Source: Azolla caroliniana
Lineage: Eukaryota > Plantae > Polypodiophyta
DNA length: 64,000 nt
Assembly: GCA_043228905.1 (NCBI GenBank)
Contig: JBHGNT010000015.1
Span: 186,001-250,000, forward strand
Direction of reading: 5' to 3'
Part shown: piece by piece, positions 59,166 to 64,000 of the stretch
Layout: each line of letters opens with the position of its first letter
How positions within the stretch are numbered: the first letter of the stretch is position 1
Made by a program: the position numbers and the translations under genes
The notes under the pieces: generated by a model
Told to the model about the DNA's origin: nothing
What the model saw: only the letters and a program-made list of their open reading frames with translations
Database searches by the model: none

Positions 59166-62100
59166 CACAAAAATACTTCTTATTCCATAAAGCAATAATA
59201 CAACACCCAACCTTACAAAAAGGTTACAAGGTCACTATATATAGTGACCGACTTAGGGCAACTACCCTTTATGCTAATTACATAAATGGCCAAAACGGGA
59301 TAGTGTGAATACGTCCATTATACACATGTATTCGACACTCCCCCGTAATGGGCGTATACATGGGTTATCTAAGATTACAGGTATAGACTTAGGTTCTCGG
59401 ACATATCAGCTTTGTTCGAGTCGGCAGGGTCCGAAGGCAGAAGACCGAACTGGTCGGGTCGGAACAGTTGAAGCCGATCATTAAGGAACTGATGTCGGTT
59501 GTCGGAACCATCCTGCTCTGTGTCCGGCTCTAACCGGACTGGTTTGTCGTTATGCCCATCTGATGCCGAAGAGACCGAAAACGGTCTGCCGAAAGACACT
59601 TGGTCATTCCATCTGCGACATTGTCGGTTGTGGATATTTTCTCTAGACCGATTTTCCCTGAAATGACGCAGTCCCAAACGAAGTGATATCGAACGTCGAT
59701 ATATTTGGAGGCGTTGTGGTGAACCGGATTTTTCGACAAGGCAACAGCACCTTGACTGTCGCTGTAGACAACTGGAGCCGAGTCATGGTCGACTTGTCGA
59801 AACGTGTGCGCCAGCCGACCGAGCCACAAAGCTTCTTTTGCTGCGTCGGACGCAGCTACATATTCTGCTTCGGTCGTTGAGGTCGCTGTGCACTCCTGAA
59901 GTTTCAACTTCCACGAGATTGCTCCATTGCCGAATTTGAAGCAGTATCCGGTTGTTGATTTCCGACTGTCTATACAGCCGGCGAAATCCGAGTCGGTGTA
60001 ACCGACTACGCCTGAGGTTCGATTCGGACCGAAAAGAATGCCGTGGTCTTTTGTGCCAGCCAGATATCTGAACACATGCTTGACTGCGTTCCAATGCGAT
60101 CGGCCAGGATTGTGCATAAATTTGCTAACGACTCCTACGGCATGAGAGATATCAGGCCGTGTCGCGACCATCAGGTACATAAGGGAGGCGACTGCCGGTG
60201 CATACGGTACCGACTTCATATCTTCCCCCTCCGGACCGGATGTCGGGCAGTCTCGCTGAGAGAGCCGAAGATTCATGGGGAGCGGGGTTGAAGCAGATTT
60301 GGCTGATTGCATGTTGAAGCGTTCTAAGACACGTCGGGTATAGTCGGTCTGAGACAAAAAAAGATGTCGTTTATCGCGATGCCGACTAATCTTCATGCCA
60401 AGGATGTGTCGTGCCGGACCGAGGTCCTTCATGGCAAACTTCAACCGCAGTTGCCGAATGAGATCGGCAAGTTCGCCCGCGTGGCGTCCAGAAATTAGCA
60501 TGTCGTCCACGTAAATGATGAGGAAGATGGGTGATCCATCTTGAGCTGTGTTGGTAAAGAGACAATGGTCCTCATCGCTTTTTGAGAAGCCGATCGATTG
60601 GATGAAGTCGTCGAACTTCTTGTACCATTGTCGCGGTGCCTGTTTGAGGCCGTATAGACTCTTCCTGAGGCGGCAGACTAGATGTTCTTGGCCAGTTGCC
60701 ACGAAGCCTTTTGGCTGCTCCATATAAATTTCCTCCTCGAGATCACCATGGAGGAAGGCTGTTTTGACATCTAGCTGAATCAGCTCCAAGTTGTCGGCTG
60801 CCACTACGCCGAGTAGAAAACGAAGGGTTGCCATTTTCACCACTGGTGAAAAAATCTCGTCGAAGTCGACGCCATATTCTTGTCGGAAGCCCTTCGCAAC
60901 TAATCTGGCCTTGTACTTTGGGGTGGTCGAATCAGACGTCTCTTTTAGTCGATAAACCCACTTGCAAGGAAGAGCACGTCGATTCTTAGGTAATTCGACC
61001 AGATCCCAGGTCTTGTTTGCCCGAATGGAGTGCATTTCCGACTCCATCGCCAGATGCCAGGTGGCGGAATCGACAGATGTCAATGCTTCTTCGTAAGACG
61101 TCGGTTCGCCGGCGTCGGTGAAGAAAATTCCAGGAGAATACCTCTCCGGAGGTTGCGACAGTCTCTCGGATCGGCGAGGTAAGATTGGACTGGTCGCATC
61201 GGGTATCAAGGTCGGATGGTCCGAAAGCGGATTGTTCTGCTGTGCCGAGTCGGGGTTGTCCGAGTCGGTAGTGTAAGGTTCAGCTACCCGTGAAGCTGAC
61301 CGTGTGTTGAGAGCGGGGCCTTCTTGAAGGGTCGGCACATCGGAAAATGTTACCCTTCGGACTTCGATCGGTTTTTCGACTGATGGATTCATAGCCGACT
61401 CGTTGAACACAACGTCCGAACTTCGAACGATTTGTCTGCGTTCGGGGTCCCAGAGTCGGTATCCCATTTCGCCGTCGGATCCATATCCAAGGAAAATGCA
61501 TTTCCTGGACCGAGGTGCAAGTTTTCGGCGATCATCTTTCGGAATAAGGGCGTACGCCTCGCATCCGAAGATCCTCAGCTTGTCGTAATTCGGCTTACTG
61601 CCGATCCATAGTTCCTGAGGAATTTGAAGTCCTAGAGGTCTACTTGGCGACATATTGATTATGTGTACTGCCGTGAGTAGAGCCTCTGCCCAGAAGCCAT
61701 CCGACAGTCCGGAGTGTTGGAGCATGGAAACTGTCCGTTCTTGGATTGTCCGATTCATGCGTTCGGCAATCCCGTTTTGCTCCGGACTGTGTGGTGCCGT
61801 AAATTCACGTCGGATGCCGCGTTGTCGGCAGAATTTGACGAATTCTTCGGATTTAAACTCTCCCCCATTGTCTGTCCGAAAGCATTTCAGCTTTCGGTCG
61901 GTTTGATTTTCCACCATAGCGAGCCAATCGGTGAAGATCGAGAAGACACGATCTTTGGTGCGAATTGGATAAGCCCACACCTTTCGAGTCGAATCGTCAA
62001 TAAAACTGACGAAGTAAGAGGCACCGCCGAGAGACTGATGCGGCATTGGGCCACAGACGTCCGAGTGGACCAAATCGAGAGGTCTCGTTTCTCTTGGTGT

Positions 62101-64000
62101 TGATGTCGGGTGTGATGCGGCTGCTTGTTTGCCATACTGGCAATGCTCGCAGAATTGATGGTCCGAGAAGGAGAGTTTGGGGATGTATCCGGCTCTAGAT
62201 AGGTGCGTGATGCCGGCCTTGCTGAGGTGTCCTAATCTTCGGTGCCATAGTGATGACACAGGAATATCCACCAAAAACAAGTTACCCTCTCTGAGCGTAA
62301 CATGTAACGGATACAGGGAGTGTATCTTGGGTCCTCTAGCAAGCAGGAGGTTCCCCCTGTGGAGTGTCCACCCTCCCGAAGAAAAACCGGCACGAATGCC
62401 GTCTTCATCTAGTTGTCCGACTGAGATCAATGGCCTTGAGAGCTCGGGTACATGTCGGACATTGTGGAGTACAAGTGTAGAGCCACCTGCAAGGTTGAGC
62501 TCTACTGTGCCGATTCCGATGATGTCACAGTGTTGTGAGTTGCCGACTCGAACTGAGTCGGAGTGACGGATCGTATATTGCCGAAATTGGGATCGATGAG
62601 GAGTCACGTGAAATGACGCGCCCGAATCTAAGAGCCATGTGCTCGATTCTTCAGTCGTGAGTAGAACTTCTAATCCGACTGGATTTTCGATTGATAGTAT
62701 ATTCGGGTCGTCCGGTAGTACATCAGCTGAGAAGCTGACGTAATTGATCTCCTCATGCCGGCCACTCTTCTTGTTGTTCTTGTTCTTGAGTGCGCGGCAG
62801 TCGGCTTTGATGTGTCCGGGTTTCTTGCAATAGTTGCAGATTCGGTTATCCCGTGACTGGCTCCGTCTTCGCTGATTGTTCGGCGGCCGTGAGGAATCTC
62901 TTCCTCGTATGTTCGATCGGTCTGTCGAACCTTGTACTACATAAGCGTCGTCTGTTGAGTCTTTGGCGAAAGACTTTCTCCGAGCTGCTTCGGTCAGGAT
63001 TGCGCTCGTGACTTCGGAGTATTTAACAGCCGTGGTTGACGCGTTGCACACGGTTGTGACGAAAGTTTCCCATGATGAGGGAAGGCTGCTCATGAGTATC
63101 ATTGCTCTGAGTTCATCCTCGATTGCCGTCCCCTGTGACGAGATTTGGGAGCTTATGCTTTCGTACTCATTGAGGTGTGCTTGAACCGAATCGGATTCTT
63201 TCATCCGCAAGTTGTAGAGGCGCCGGATCAGAAACATCTTCGTTGCGGCGACCTTCTTTTCGTAAGTGTCCGACAGTGTTTTCCACAGTTCGAATGCTGT
63301 CGTACACGATTGCACCGTAAAGTATACCGATTCCGATAGGTGCATCCGAATCGTGGCGCGGACAATTCTGTCCAGCTTCTGCCACTCAATTGGTTTGTAT
63401 CCTTCTGGAGTTCTTCATTTTCGATGGGATCGATTTGCCCCTTGACTATGAGATAGTCTTGCATTTGCTCCTTCCAGAAGTTGAAGTTCGATCCATCGAA
63501 CTTTCGTAGACTCATTTCTGACGAGCCGGATGTTGATGCCATCAAATTTGGTTTCGGTTGACGAAGCTCGGTTCGGAGTTGACTACGAGCCTTGTTGGAG
63601 TGCAGCCGGTTGGCTCACCCGATATTGCTCTAGTCGGATTTGAACCCGAGTCGGTTCGGCTTCGGAACTTGCTCGAATTGACTCCGGTAACTTGAGGGAC
63701 AGAACCGACTGGTCTTCCCGAATGTTGCCGAGTCGGAGTGAGCCCGGTTCGCTTCGGATATATATGCCGAATACCGATTATTGAAACCGATTATCTGGAC
63801 CGATTCTGCTTCGGGTGGCTGCAGCGACGAGAGAGACAGATCCAACTGATCCTCCCGAATGTCGATCAGCCAGATGAAGCACGAATTTGGGGTTGTTGTC
63901 TTGAGACCGATCTGCACCGAGTGGTTACAACGAGCGGCGAGCAGCGTTTGATGACCTCTTCGGATGCCGTTTAACCGAATGGAGCACGATCGTGTCAAAG
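59046..64000 (-). mobile_element. Copia-B2, a second Copia-B copy inserted in the Gypsy-C extra ORF; its 5' end is outside the window
   Basis: 3' LTR at 59046-59337 is homologous to 14279-14602, with the PPT at 59338-59345. The internal region is nearly identical to Copia-B. Confidence 0.95.
59530..63545 (-). pseudogene. Copia-B2 Gag-Pol with a 1-bp deletion frameshift near 63410
   Basis: CTGGAGTTC here versus CTGGAGGTTC in Copia-B. The downstream 1271-aa ORF is otherwise intact. Confidence 0.9.

Overview
Land-plant nuclear DNA; the host is possibly a fern or other non-flowering vascular plant, which is an inference. Three intron-containing host genes are present: a 13-exon Toc64/OM64-type amidase-TPR receptor (minus, 652-4373), an FCP1/NIF-like HAD protein with a predicted organellar presequence (plus, 45274-49512) and a 7-exon deoxyhypusine hydroxylase (plus, 51502-55751). 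About 37 kb of LTR retroelements separate the first two genes: a solo LTR; Copia-A (6999-28550) holding Gypsy-A (11658-27323), which holds an intact Copia-B (14279-19837); and Copia-C (28844-43913) holding Gypsy-B (32441-42342). A third, rearranged Gypsy copy (56518-59045) is interrupted by a second Copia-B copy that runs off the window end. The most striking observation is that all three copies of this non-chromoviral Gypsy family lack a polypurine tract. Instead, 2 nt before the 3' LTR they carry a sequence resembling the 3' end of a tRNA-Arg (GGTTCGA..TCCCACGGGCGTGCCA, including CCA). This reads as a second, antisense primer-binding site and suggests that both DNA strands are primed by tRNA or a tRNA mimic. 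The family also has a ~950-aa extra ORF after integrase. All coordinates and alignments were read by eye, with no database searches.
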